Positions 24,935 to 38,034 of a DNA stretch of 64,000 bases are shown piece after piece. Source of the stretch: Mobula hypostoma (taxonomy: Eukaryota). A program made the position numbers and the translations under genes. A model generated the notes under the pieces. The model searched no databases, was not told where the DNA came from, and saw only the letters and a program-made list of their open reading frames with translations. The stretch covers positions 48,734,001 to 48,798,000 of the forward strand of contig NC_086108.1 of assembly GCF_963921235.1 (NCBI RefSeq). Direction: 5' to 3'. Each line of letters begins with the position of its first letter. Within the stretch, counting starts at the first letter, position 1.

Positions 24935-27102
24935 AAGAACTCCCAAGAGAGTGCAGAGTTTACATGTTCCTGCCAGAATTAAAGGCAAAGTCAACAGACA
25001 TAGGGAACCTTGGTTTTCGAGGGATATTGGTAATCTGGTTAAGAAAGAGAGAGAGGTGTATAGCAGGTATAGGCAACAAAGAACAAATGAGGTACTTGAA
25101 GAGAATAGAAAATGTAAGAAAATACTAAAGAAGGAAATCAGGAAGGCAAAAAGAAGACATGAGGTTGCTTTGGCAGATAATGTGAAGGTAAACCCGAAGG
25201 GTTTCTACAAGTATATTAAGAGTAAGAGGATAGTAAGGGACAAAATTGGTCCCCTAGAACAGGGGTCCCCAACCTCTGGGCCGCGAAGAATGCAGTGGTG
25301 CAACGGTAGCCGGAACGCTGCATTCTTCACAGCCCGGTATCGGTCTGCAGCCTGGAGGTTGGGGACCACTGCCCTAGAAGATCGGAGTGGTCGTCTATAT
25401 GTGGAGCCTCATGAGATGGGGGAGATCTTAAACAGTTCTTTTTTGCATCAGTATTTACTCAGGAAACTGGCATAATGTATATGGAAGGAAGGGAAACAAA
25501 CAGTAGTGTCATGGAACATATAGAGATTAAAGAGGAGGTGCTTGCTGCCTTACAGCGAATAAAGGTAGATAAATCCCCCGGGCCTGAATGGTATTTCCTC
25601 GGACCTTGAGAGAGATGAGTGTAGAAATTACGGGGGCCCTGGCAGAAATATTTAAAATGTCTTTAGCCACTGGTGTGGTGCCAGAGAATTGGAGGGTAGC
25701 TCGTGTTGTTCCGTTGTTTAAAAAAGGCTCCAAAAGTAAACCAGGGTAATTACAGGCCTGATATCAGTAGTAGGTAAATTATTGGAAGGTGTTCTGAGAG
25801 ATCGGATATACAAGTATTTGGACAGCCAAGGGCTGATTAAGGATAGTCAGCATGGCTTTGTGTGTGGTAGATCATGTTTAACAAATCTTGTAGTTCTTCG
25901 AGGTTACCAAGAAAGTATATGAAGGAAACGCTATGGATGTTGTCTACATGGACTTCAGTAAGGCCTTTGACAAGGTCCCACGTGGGAGGTTAGTTCAGAA
26001 GGTTCAGACACTAGGTATCCATGGAGAGGTTGTAAACTGGATTCGAAATTGGCTGTGTGGGAGAAGACAGAGAGTAGTAGTGGATGTTTGCTTCTCAGAC
26101 AGGAGGCCTGTGACTAGTGATGTGCCTCGGGGATCTGTACTGGGATCATTATTGTTTGTTGTCTATATCAATGATCTAGATGATAATGTGGTAAATTGGA
26201 TCAGCAGTTTGCTGATGACACTAAGATTGGAAGTGTTGTGGACAGTGAGGAAGGCTCTCAAAGCTTACAGAGGGATCTGGACCAATTGGAAAAATGGGCC
26301 AGAAAATGGCAGATGGAATTCAATGCAGACGTGTGAGGTTTTGCATTTTGGAAGGACAAATCAAGGTAGGACATACACAATAAATGGTAGGGCACTGAGG
26401 AGTGTGGAGGAACAAAGAGATCTGGGAGTTCAGATACATAATTCCCTGAAAGTGGCATCACAGGTAGACAGGGTTGTAAAGAAGGCTTTCAGCATCCTGG
26501 CATTCATAAATCAAAGTATTGAGTATAGGAGTTGGGCTGTTACGGTGAGGTTGTATAAGACATTGGTGAGGCCAAATTTGGAGTACTGTGTACAGTTCTG
26601 GTCACCTAACTATAGGAAGGATATCAGTAAGACTGAAAGCGTGCAGAGATTTACTAGGATGTTGCCGGGTCTTCAGGAGTTGAGTTACAGGGAAAGATTG
26701 AACAGGTTAGAACTTTATTCCTTGGAGCGTAGAAGAATGAGGGGAGATTTGATAGAGGTTTACAGAATTATGAGGGCTATAGACAGAGTAAATGCGAGTA
26801 GGCTCTTTCCACTTAGATTAGGAGAGATAAAATACAAGAGGACGTGGCTTTAAGGTGAAAGGGGAAAGGTTTAGGGGGAACTTCTTTACTCAGAGTGGTG
26901 AGAGTGTGGAAAGAGCTGCCATCTGACGTGGTAAATGCGGGCTCACTCTTAAGTTTTAAAATAAATTGGATAGATACATGGATGGGAGAGGCCTGGAGGG
27001 TTATGGACTGGGTGCAGGTCAATGGGACTAGCAGAATATATTCTGCACAGACTAGAAGGGCTGAAGGGCCTGTTTTCTGTGCTGTAGTGTTCTACGGTTC
27101 TA
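24935..27102 (+). mobile_element. CR1-clade LINE, 5'-truncated ORF2, antisense to TPR
   Basis: VVYMDFSKAFDKVP, RGSVLGSLLFVVYINDL and LYKTLVRPNLEYCVQFWSP motifs; several frameshifts. Confidence 0.93.
25260..25371. mobile_element. 112-bp hAT (Charlie-like) MITE inserted in the CR1
   Basis: TIRs CAGGGGTCCCCAACCTC...GAGGTTGGGGACCACTG; 8-bp TSD CCCTAGAA at 25252-25259 and 25372-25379. Confidence 0.93.
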
Positions 27103-27466
27103 AACTCTATCCAGTTTCATTATCACTGCTCTTATGTCACAAATCCTGTGCTTTAAGTAAAATTCTGCTATCAGAAGTTTTGAAAAGCTGCTGTATCTCA
27201 AAACAAAGGTGAATTTTGATTGCTCAAGAAAACTGTAAAGGTGCAAGGAAAAGTTCAGTGGCTGACAGTGAAAATTTGAGTCCTAGAAAATGTAACTGTA
27301 AACAATATGCATGACACTCTGTATATAAAGTATGTTATAATTTATCTATGAGCTTCTGAAAATTTTTGATTGAAGCCCAGCAAAGAAACTCAATTATTAC
27401 CCTCCTATGGTAGACCTCTCCAAGATAAACTGAAATGAACATTAGTAATTAGCACCAGTCTTGTAC

Positions 27467-27561
27467 CTCTGTGAGCTTCATTCCAGGCTTTACGATCTTA
27501 GCAACAGCTGCTGCAGTGGGTGACATAGCTGCAAGCTCCTCTTCTGATAAAGCGGCAGCTC
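27467..27561 (-). CDS. TPR: TPR exon 11 (95 nt; NAGNAG acceptor could give 92 nt)
   Basis: [41 protein letters not shown]. Confidence 0.94.
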
Positions 27562-27645
27562 CTATCATACAAAATACACCACCAGTTGGTACATAACAAG
27601 ACATATTTACTGTTACTAAATATGTTTTTGTATCTACTCAGGCAC

Positions 27646-27786
27646 CTCTAAGCTTTGTAGTTGAAAGCAGATGGTTAGCATTTTCCAGTTCCTTTTCCAA
27701 TTTGATAATCTTTTCATTTAGTTCAGCAACTGCTTTGGTTTTGGAGGTCTCTGTCTCAATCAGACGATCTTCGGTTACTTTATGAG
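27646..27786 (-). CDS. TPR: TPR exon 10 (141 nt)
   Basis: [50 protein letters not shown] acceptor, weak donor AG/GTGCCT. Confidence 0.9.
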
Positions 27787-27897
27787 CTAGAACAAGTATC
27801 AAGCAAGTTAATTTTACAAGGAACTTAAACCAAAAACATCTACACCGAAAGCAACTCGAACCAAAAAAGAATACACAGATGTTTGAAATGAATATAC

Positions 27898-27985
27898 CTT
27901 CATTTGCCTGTTTTAGTAGACTATGAAGCTCCTCGACAGCTCTGGTGAGTTCAGTTGCTTTAGTTTCAGAATCATCAGCTGCACC
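27898..27985 (-). CDS. TPR: TPR exon 9 (88 nt)
   Basis: [38 protein letters not shown]. Confidence 0.95.
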
Positions 27986-28929
27986 CTGCAAAGGTTGAAG
28001 GCTTGGTATTTACTACACAACATTCACTGGTGGTTTATCTTAAAATCCAATCACTAGAGGTCAAATGAATGTTCTTAAAAGAGAGCCAGGTCCATCAATA
28101 TTACTAAAAAATGCAAAATTATCAAGTCATATTGATGTGGACCTTGCAGGTACTCAAAAAGATTAGCAAAAGCATGGAACTGTCAAGAGACAAAAAAATC
28201 CAAAACATGGCAGATGACACAAAGAAGTGTGTAAAATACAAGCAAGAATGTTGTAATAGCATCAAAACAGCACATTAAAGTTAATGGAACAAACAGGCTT
28301 GTGCTAATAGAGAAGTATGAAGTTAGACATGGCAGTGATAGAGATCCATACAGGCAACACCCAAGTTCATTATTCAGGTTATGCAAATTCACTTCTATGA
28401 ATTCACCCAACATTGCACAAAAATTTGAGTTATGGAATAAAATGAATTCTCACGGAAATCATGTGAGGAAAATAATTCAATAACCACAAAAAGTGAAAGA
28501 AACGATACATTTTGTCCCTTTTTATTTTTCGTCACTCATACAGTGGAGAATTAAGATCTGGATACGATATGCCCTGTTCAGTCAAAGAATATGTGAATAG
28601 ATGTCTCGGACTACAGCAATGCACAGTACCTGCGAGTCATTTTCTGTGACCCGCTGCTTTGCAGGAGCCTCAGTAGCCACATCCAGCTCTTGGACCTACT
28701 CCTTTACATAATCCCTCGAGCTACTTCACAACAACTGAGGCATCTCATTTTAAACCATTACCATGCTGAACATCTATACTACCCTTCTCCCATGAACCCT
28801 GCTGCTTTCATTCATGCTTCCTAAACCAATTCCTAGTCCATATCAATACACACACACACCCCCGCACGAAGAGCAGGTTAATATATAAGATGTCCCAACA
28901 TTAAAATCTGTTTAAAATCTAAGACAGAT

Positions 28930-29535
28930 TCAAGATCAGAATCAGGTTTAATATCACCTGGATACGTCACAAAATTTGTTGTTTTGCAGCAGCAGTATAT
29001 TGCAAAACAATTAAAAAAACTATAAATTACGATAAGAAATACATATAAAAATGAAATTAGTTCAAAAAGAGAGCAAACAAAAGGAAAAAAATTAAGGTAG
29101 CCTACATGGATTCAATGTCCATTCAAAAAGATATCTGATGGCAGAGAAGAAGCTGTTCCTGAAAAGCTGAGTTTATGTCTTCAGGCTCCTGTATCTCCAT
29201 GATAGTAGCAATGAGAAGTGGGCATATTCTAGGTAATCGGGTCCTCAATGATGTACGATGCCTTTATGAGGCATCAACTTTTGAAGATGCACTCGATGCT
29301 GGAGAGGTTAGTTCCCATCATGGAGCTGGCTGAGTTTACAACTTTCTGCAGCTTTTTCCTGTGCAGTGGGCCCTCCATACCAGACAGTGATGCAACCAAT
29401 TTGAATGCTCTCCACGGTACATCTTAAGAAATTTGCAAGTCTTTGGTGACATACCAGTCTCAACAAACTTCTATTGAAATATAGCCACTGTTGTGCCTAG
29501 TTGCATCAATATATAGGGCCTAGGATAGATCTTCA
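28930..29535 (-). mobile_element. Rex1/Babar-type LINE 3' fragment
   Basis: Reverse complement resembles 58940-59350; (ATTCTG)n-like tail. Confidence 0.7.
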
Positions 29536-29832
29536 GGCATACATATTACCTCAAAATTAGTTTTCTCCCCTGTAGCTGTGACTGTCGCCTTGCATAAATT
29601 AATGTGGGATATTAATGGCTCCCCCCCCCCCGCCAAACTTCCACTACCAGCATTTCAGGATCCTGTCACTTGTTCACTTGTATGGAATCCTAAACCACCT
29701 CATCTACTTTTGGCATGAGAAGCGAGGGATTGCCATGGGTGGAAACAGTCCTTGAAAAATTTACCAGCATTTCTCTGGAAATTCCAAGTGCTCTGTGCAA
29801 CTAAGTAACATTTAAAAGAGAAAAGATTATAC

Positions 29833-29913
29833 CTTGTACAAATTTGACAACTTCACATGTGCATTCAATTCGTTTCGAAACCTCTCTTCCATAGTTGCCG
29901 ACTGTTCCTTGGA
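29833..29913 (-). CDS. TPR: TPR exon 8 (81 nt)
   Basis: [36 protein letters not shown]. Confidence 0.95.
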
Positions 29914-30308
29914 CTGATCAGAAAACAGAAACAGATGTAAGCTTGGTATAAACAGACCTAACCCTAGATAGCCGTAAACATGAATTTCCAATGAAAGTAT
30001 AATTTATTTATTACTACACACCTGCTTCACTATTTCCTCTATATAGAGAAGTTTACAGATTTGATTTCAGAAAATACCAGACACTGAATGGCTTGATTTT
30101 TTAAAACTTTCTGCTAAATTCTACCCCAACTATTGTAGTGGATTATTGGTGTAGCTTGGTACATTGGAAAGCTAACAGAGAAAAATAAATTTGAAAGATG
30201 AACAATGACAGAAACTATTTTAATGTGCACCATAACTGAACTGGGGAAACATGTTCCAATTTTTGAATATTATTTTTGCTCATTCAATTACCGTTAACAA
30301 AGACTAAC

Positions 30309-30401
30309 CTCCTTCAATTTATTCATTAAATCCTCAACCTGCTCCTCAAGGTTTTCCTTAGCTGCTTTTAACGTATGAATTTGCTCTTCTAGGCTGCAAA
30401 T
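30309..30401 (-). CDS. TPR: TPR exon 7 (93 nt)
   Basis: ICSLEEQIHTLKAAKENLEEQVEDLMNKLKE; CAG/GTTAGT. Confidence 0.93.
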
Positions 30402-30867
30402 CTGTAGAAGGTAACAGTTAAAAATCAACAACCGGGTTAGTCAGTGCCAGAGAATCAAATGTGAATGCGTTCAGAGAGGTTTCACAGGTGAAAGTAAGAA
30501 GAAAAGCATTAAGTGGCAGACTCCCTTCAAGTCTGCATGTGATACATTAAAACCTAGTAATTGTGCTGAGTTTGAGTGTTGTAGATTTAATTTCTAGCTT
30601 TCAAATTAAATAAACCCTTCCATCAAGTTCAGATAAAAAATAGTAAAATGGACTGTTTTAAATTCGTTCTTTCTTTTTAAAATTGTATTTATGTTTTTTT
30701 TCTTCTGAATGTATTATATGTCTGTGATGCTGCTTCAATTAAGCTTGATTACACATGCATATACATGCACATACGATAATAAACTCAACTTTGTCTTGAA
30801 CCTTTGGGTTGCTGAGAAAGATAGAAATGTTATTGTTTGTATTCACCAAGCAAAAAGGACAGATTAC

Positions 30868-31032
30868 CTCGTCTTTCTTGTTCTCCAGATTGCATCGGAG
30901 CTCGAGAATTTCATTGCTTTTTTCTCGACGAAGTCCGACAAGTTCATCCGTCTTTGTTTTTATTTCTGTATTCAACCAACTGTTCTGATTCATTAATAAT
31001 TCTTTTTCTTGTTCCAGACGCTTTTCACGATA
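30868..31032 (-). CDS. TPR: TPR exon 6 (165 nt)
   Basis: [64 protein letters not shown]. Confidence 0.96.
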
Positions 31033-31461
31033 CTGCAAAAAAATTGGTTTACCAATCACAGAATCATTCCCATTGAAGGTAAGCCCACTGGACAGAGTGC
31101 TCCAGAATTTAGATCTAACGATGATGAAATGGCAATATACATCCTAGCCTTGAGGTAGAACTTGCATGGGGTGTTCCATGCACTTGCTACTTATTCTCCT
31201 TCAAAGTAGAGGTCACATGCTTGGAAGGAGTAGTTGGACTATTCTGCAGAACATTTAGGGTAGTGGATAGGTTGTCAGTTCAGCAATCTTTGTCCCAGAT
31301 GGCAGACTTACTGGAGTAGTAATCCAGTATTCGATCCAGTCAAGTGTCTTCCATTACACTTGGAGCCACTGTATTTAACGTGACTGATCCAACAGGAAGA
31401 AATAGGCCCTCAGCACTGACTTACTAATGCCTTTCAAATTCTATTTTTCACTGTGATTACC

Positions 31462-31526
31462 TATTTACTCCAGTAAATGATACCAATCCTACTTATTTAC
31501 TCCAGTAAATGATACCAATCCTATTT
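31462..31526. repeat. Local tandem duplication (~32 bp x2)
   Basis: TATTTACTCCAGTAAATGATACCAATCCTA occurs twice. Confidence 0.85.
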
Positions 31527-32434
31527 AACTCTTCTCAAAGCACCATATCATTCCAGGAGTCTCATCTAATAGGATATTGCTACAATCTTTCCTCACTGCT
31601 CACATACAAGGTGAACCCCAGACACCACCTTGAAATTTTCCAAACCATTTTTGTATGTACATGATGAGCAACCAGTGACTGTATACAAAGTAAACAGCTT
31701 TCATATAACTTGGATAATGACTCCATACTGTGCATTGGTCTAAAAGAAGTTTCTTTTTATACGACTGCATCTTGTCAAATCACTACCAATCATGACAATG
31801 GAGGCCAGCTGTTTATTAACATCAATTACGTTTGGAGCATTTAAACAATTTAATTTGTTTATTAATCTGTGTCGATGCTTTTGAAATATATTTATACTTG
31901 GAGCATGTTTGAAGTAGCATGTTCTAGTTATTACTCATGAAGTTCATGTCCCTATTCCTCAAGAATAATTACCCAGTGTGTTCAAGAGTATCAAAAACAA
32001 TGCTTACTTATTATGATTACAATAACTTTCAAGGTTTGTACATTTTGGATGTTTAACTCAAACAACATAAAAGTACACTGAATCAAATCCAATTCACAGC
32101 AATGGCTGGATCTTAATCTTAATAAGAAAGTCCAATGTATTGCCAGGGAGCATCATCCAACCTCAAAGGCAGCCACCACAAGATCCAACTATTCCTCTTT
32201 TCATTTGTATCTCAGGTATCAGCTTGATCATCTTGCATTCAACAACATTGAAGTCATTATAAGTATAGAAGTGGGGGGGAAAGATTCAAATATTTAAAAG
32301 CATGGAATTTTGAAATAACCTTAATAGTCTATGCTTGGACAATATTCATAGCTTATTAAACAATTAAGATGTTAACTTACACCCACTCATCCAGTAAATT
32401 TTATATGGAGAAATTCTACAAAAAGAAAATTTGT

Positions 32435-32877
32435 TTTGGAATGGCAGAGTCCAGACCTTAACCCAATTGAGATGCTGTGGCATGACCTGAAGAGGGCTGT
32501 TCATGCAAGGTATCCCAGAAATATTAATGAACTGAAACAGTTTTGAACAGAGGAATGGTCTAAACTTCCTCCTCACTATTGTGCAAGTCTGATCAACAGC
32601 TACAGGAAACATTTGATGGAGGTTATTGCTGTTAAAGGAGGTTCTACCAGTTATTAAATACAAGGGTTCACATACTTTTTCCATGCCTGGACTGTGAATG
32701 ATTAAACAATGTGTTCAATAAACACAGGGGAAGTACAATTGTTTGTGTGCTATTAGTTTAGGCAGATTGTATTTGTCTATTATAGTGACTTAGATGAAGA
32801 TCAGACATTTTATGAGTAATTAATGCAGAAAACCAGGTAATTGCAAAGGGTTCACAAACTTTTTTTTTACAACTGTA
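32435..32877 (+). mobile_element. Tc1-like transposon 3' end
   Basis: [22 protein letters not shown] transposase C-terminus; ends in ...ACAACTG|TA. Confidence 0.88.
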
Positions 32878-33016
32878 TGTCTGGAGTTACATTGCAATCA
32901 GTGTCATGACATCTATGACAGAAGAAAATGTCATAATGTCTAGTGATTAGCTAACAGTTTTACCAAAAAAGGATTAAATCAGCAATATTTTATCCAATAG
33001 CCATTGAAAAACTCAC

Positions 33017-33120
33017 CTTAACAGAGACTTCTGATACTTGAAGCTCATCAAGTTTTAACTGAAGGTCTATTTTAACCGAATTTGCTTCCACAAGTTTATC
33101 ATTTAGACGTTTTAAATCCG
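33017..33120 (-). CDS. TPR: TPR exon 5 (104 nt)
   Basis: [43 protein letters not shown]. Confidence 0.95.
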
Positions 33121-33244
33121 CTGTAATAAGACAAAATGTTTCAATTCAATAAACGGCTTTGTTGCAAAATGTACTCATGACTAAACAAATCAACAATCAA
33201 TCGACTATCAAAGAGAATACAGTGCATGATTCAACATATCTGAG

Positions 33245-33745
33245 CCACGATTTCCCCTTCTTTTGCCACTTCCCTTCTTAAAGAGTGACACCTGCAATTT
33301 TCCAGATCTCTAGAGTGATTTCTGACTCTAGTAATTCTTGAGAGACTACTACTAATCTCTCCACAATCTCTTCACCTCTCCCCTTCAGAACTCTAGGGTG
33401 CAGTCCATTGGACATATTCACCTGCAGAATTTTCAGCTTCCCAAGCAGCTCGTCTTCAGTAACAGTATCTAGTCATTTCTGAGCCCCGACACTCTAGAAT
33501 TTCTGGCATAACGCTAGCGTCTTCCATATTGAAGCATGATTTTCCAGCAGTACGATGTCCACTCTTACCTCTATTTTATTCTTCATACATCTGAAATAAC
33601 TTTTGGTATTCTCTTTTCTATCAGTAGCTAGCTTTTTTCATATTTTATTTTTCCTCCCCTCATTGCCACCTGTTTGTATTTAAAAGCTTCCCACTTTTTG
33701 CAATATTGTATGCCCCCTCTTTTGCTTTCATGCTGTCTTTTAACA
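33245..33745 (-). mobile_element. Old CR1-clade LINE fragment
   Basis: Diverged similarity to 42090-42680 and 59530-59830. Confidence 0.6.
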
Positions 33746-33760
33746 TCATCCTTTACTAAG

Positions 33761-33763
<3 letters not shown>

Positions 33764-33821
<58 letters not shown>

Positions 33822-33836
33822 CGCATGCGCGCGCGT
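33764..33836. repeat. (TG)n microsatellite with alternating CG tail
   Basis: Direct read of the sequence. Confidence 0.95.
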
Positions 33837-35223
33837 TTACTTAAGGTAGTCAACTAGGAAACAAACCCGGTAGCAATCTATGCCAAGCTAGTTGATCTTA
33901 AGGGAGTGAAAGGGTGGAAATTAAATGTGCACACTTCAACTGTTTACATAATTTGTGGTTCTTTCTTTCTCTTGCACATCAGATGTTGGTCATTTATTTT
34001 TTTTTCTTTAATTGGGTTCTTTTGGGTTTCTTGCTTTGTGGCTACCGGTAAACAAACAAATCTCAAAATTGTATAATTTATAGTCTTTTTTAATAAATGC
34101 ACTTTGAATTTGAACATTGTTCAGTGATAAATGCCAGATGTTATATTTATGATACAAATCAAGAGATGGCAGTCAAAGTACTGCATTGTTTATGGCTCTT
34201 AGAACTACACAAAATATTTTAAAATTGTTTTCATAGATGGGAAGAGTTACAGTATGTTAAAGAGGAAAGCTATGGAATGACAATATGTTAAAGGAAATTA
34301 TGCCTTCCCATTACAAGGTGTCACCAATGACATTTCCTAAACTTGCTGATCATACAAGGCAATTTTTTCTCAACGTTTTCACTTTTGCTCCTCACAATCA
34401 AAATTCACACCTATGCATCCAGTTTTCATGTTGAGCAAATTTTATAAGGTACTTCAATTTGTGCAACATACTCAATTTACTTTCTTAAATTTGAAGTCCC
34501 CTATCTGCGAAAATTAACTACGAATTCTCCAGAGGTCAAAAAATGTTAGATATATATTAATTATTCCCACATAACTTGATTCCCATCAAATACAAATACT
34601 CAATACCCTACTACACATAGAATACAAAATTAACTACAATTATAGAGAGCTTACAGTAAGTGCTAAGTACAAATGTTGAAATTACACATTATTCTTTGTC
34701 CAATTTCTGTTCTTTAACAAATCAACTTGACTTCAGGAAGCAGGCAGCACACATGCTCCAATCTACAATGATGTTGAGGTCAAGAGGATTGAGACCTTCA
34801 ATTTCAGAGTAAACATCAATAGCCCCTTTCCAATATTTTTTCTCTTCTTTTCCGCTCATCTTCCCTCTTCTTCTATTCCCCTCTCTAGCCTCTTAGCCTA
34901 CTCACCTACCCCATCACCTCCCTCTGGTGCCCCTCCTCCTTCTCTTTCTCCCATGATCCACTCTTCTCTCCTATCAGAATCCTTCTCCTCCAGCCCTTTG
35001 CCTTTTCTTCCCCCCCCGCCCCCCCCATCTATAACCTTCCAATTTCATCTCCCCTCTCCACCCACCTGGCATCACCTATTACCTGCTGAGATCCACTAGC
35101 ATTTTGTGCGTTGCTCAAAATATCAGTGAACCTTTCATTTGTCTACATAGCTAGAGAGGAAATCTTAACCTTAACCAAATTTCCACCACAAAACATCTTT
35201 CCCACCCAACAGAAACACACACA

Positions 35224-35839
35224 ACTTCATCAGGACTGGAAAGGAAGGGGAAAGAAGTCAGATGAAGGAGGTGGGAGGAGGGGAGGAAGAAGCACAAGGT
35301 GATAGGTGAAACCAGGAGAGGCGGGTAAGGATTGGCAAAGAGCTGGGAAGTTGGTGAAAAGATAAAGGACTGGAGGAGGGGGAGATCTGATAGGAGGATA
35401 GAAGACCATGGAAGAAAGTGAAGAGGGAGAAGCATCAGAGGGAGGTGTTGGGCAGTAAAGGAGACAACATAAGAGGGGGAAAACAGAAATGGGGAATGGT
35501 GGGGGGGGGGGGGGCAATCACCGGAAGTTCAAGAAATTGATGTTCATACCATCAGGTTGGTGGCTACCCAGACAGAACAAAAGATGCTGCTCCTCCAACC
35601 CAAGTGTGGCCTCATCGTGGCAGTAGAGGCGTCCATGGACTAACATATTGGAATGGGAATGGAAAGTAGAATTGAAATGGGTGGCCACTGGGAAATCCCA
35701 CTCTTTGTAGCAGATGGAGCAAAGGCACCCAACGAAGTGGTCTCTCAATCTATGTCAGGTCTCACGGATATACAGGAAGCCAGACTGAGACCACTGGATA
35801 CAATAGATGACCCCAACAGACACACAGGTGAAGTGCAGC
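35224..35839 (-). mobile_element. Penelope-like element fragment (GIY-YIG C-terminus plus pLTR truncated within the hammerhead)
   Basis: FPVATHFNSTFHSHSNMLVHGRLYCHDEATLGLEEQHLLFCLGSHQPDGMNINFLNFR. Confidence 0.85.
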
Positions 35840-36529
35840 TTTCCCACCCCTTATACTTGTTTTATTTATTATTCTAGTTTTTGACCTAAGGTTGCCAAGA
35901 GGGTAACATCATATTTTACACATGACCATTTTTCCTCAATGCTCCCTTACACTTTCATTGCATCTCATTACATAATACAAAATCTGAAACAAAATCTAAA
36001 CATGTAAACACGAGAAATTCTGCTGGAAATGTTGTGCTCCAGTAAATAATCCCAAATATAACTAATGAACTTAGTGTTTCATCAATTTCATCTACCTTCT
36101 CTTGCAAGCAGACTAATCTAACCATGCCACGACGACCTATTTTCTTATTAATAATCTACAAATTTTATTGGGAGAAGATGTGTGCAATCACTCCAATTAG
36201 TGATGTTTGTTGTCTCTTTCTATCTCTGTCCAAACTAGAACTAAACTTGTTCAGAGGCAAGATCATTCCTCACAACTGCTTATATCATCTGCATTTACCA
36301 AAGTCACTATTCCCAACTCCATTTCAGTTTTCTGTCTTTCACAAGAGCTTTCAAGAAGAAACAGGTACATATGCAGATGAGATGTAAAGTTAACTGATAA
36401 ACAACTGTGCACATCATATGCATTAGAATTGTTTTAAAAACTCAGAATTAAACTAGGTACATCTTTCAGAAAGATAGTGTCCTTAAGTACAAAGTGAAGC
36501 TAAATTTCAATTGAAGGTACTCATCATAC

Positions 36530-36626
36530 CATTCAGATGTTCCACTTCCTGTGATCTACGTTCAAGAGTTCTTACTAGCTCTCGTTTTTCATTATCCAAT
36601 TCATCTTTTGCACGAGAAAGCTGGCC
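36530..36626 (-). CDS. TPR: TPR exon 4 (97 nt)
   Basis: GQLSRAKDELDNEKRELVRTLERRSQEVEHLN; CAG/GTATGA. Confidence 0.93.
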
Positions 36627-36779
36627 CTGTTTCAAAATGAAATAAAAGTTAAATACACCAGTTATTTACATTTTCGATTCAAAAAATGCTGGTTCAAGCC
36701 ACTCCATCCTCGCTTCCACAATTGGTCACTGTGGTCCATGTGATTTCATTTTCTGGATCAAAAGGAACCTTGTCAAATG

Positions 36780-37545
36780 CTATAATTCAATTTAACAACA
36801 ACAACCACTCAATTACCTGTAAACATCTGTCACTTCCTCAAAAAAAATGTGACATGACTCGCCCTTACACAAAACCAACTGACCTTCCCTAACAAGTCCA
36901 TGCTTTGTCAAATGCAAGTAAATCTCCACTAACAACCTTTGCCACTAACTTCCCTACCAGTAATGCAAGGTTCACTGACCTACAATTTTCTGTATTATCT
37001 TTTCTGTCCTTCTTAAACAAAGAAACAAACCTGAGATCTTGACCATGGCTAAAGAGATCACAAAAAAAATTCTGTTACAGCCCTTGCAATTTCCTCCTCT
37101 GCCACCTACAGTATCCAGGCCCTGAATGCTTTTCCATCTTAATGATTTTTAAAGCCACCCAACACCTTCCTAACCTTAATATCAAAATGCCCTAGAGTAT
37201 CAATATAACATTCCGTGATCTCACTATTACACAAGTAATTTCTCTTTGATGATTATCAATGCAAAGTATCCACTAAGGACCTAACCCATTTCCTCTGGCT
37301 CCACACACAAATTTCCCCCTTTGTCCTTGTGTGGATCTCATCTACTTTCTTGCTAATACACATATAAAATGCCTTGGGATTCTCACTACTTGCCAGATGT
37401 TTCATTGCCCCAATCACACTCCTAATTCCTTGTTTAATTTCTTTCCTGATTCTTTTACCATCCTCAAAGGCACTATTCCATTTCAAATTCCTAAACTTAG
37501 TACATGGTTCCTTATCATTGTTAACTAAATTTGTCAAGGATAAAT
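36780..37545 (-). mobile_element. Old CR1-clade LINE fragment
   Basis: ENPKAFYMCISKK motif, similar to VNPKGFYKYIKSK in the 24935 copy. Confidence 0.65.
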
Positions 37546-37571
37546 AAAACATTGTAATTCCCAATACATAC

Positions 37572-37645
37572 CTCTGTATTCATCAGTTTTTCCTTAGAAG
37601 ATTCTAGATCCTTATTTTTACTCTTAGTTTCTTTTAATTCGTCAC
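37572..37645 (-). CDS. TPR: TPR exon 3 (74 nt)
   Basis: SDELKETKSKNKDLESSKEKLMNTE; AG/GTATGT boundaries; phases match neighbouring exons. Confidence 0.88.
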
Positions 37646-37929
37646 CTATAAGCAATAAATACCATAAAGCAAAGATAATTGATCCATTGCACATTGTAAT
37701 AATTCATTATCAAAAATGTTGGATATTCAGTCCCATTCCACAATGCAGAAAATTAAATAACTTTTAAATTTAGAACCCAGTCACAAACGTGCAACAGTTC
37801 TCCTGCAAGCGTAACTCAGGATCTCAAGATGGACCCACCTGACAATACCCAATATCGTGCAAATTCAAGATTTAAAATCAAGATTTAGAAATCAAGCTAT
37901 CTTAAAAAAAAATGTACAGCAGTACTTAC

Positions 37930-38034
37930 TAAGTGTAGATAGTTCCTCATGCAATTTCTGACATTCTTGAGTTTCTGATACTAACTTTTCTTGTGTCTGG
38001 GTTAGTCGTTTTTCCACTTCAAAATACTGTTGCT
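37930..38034 (-). CDS. TPR: TPR exon 2 (105 nt)
   Basis: tttcag acceptor; [35 protein letters not shown]; donor GTAAGT. Confidence 0.95.
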
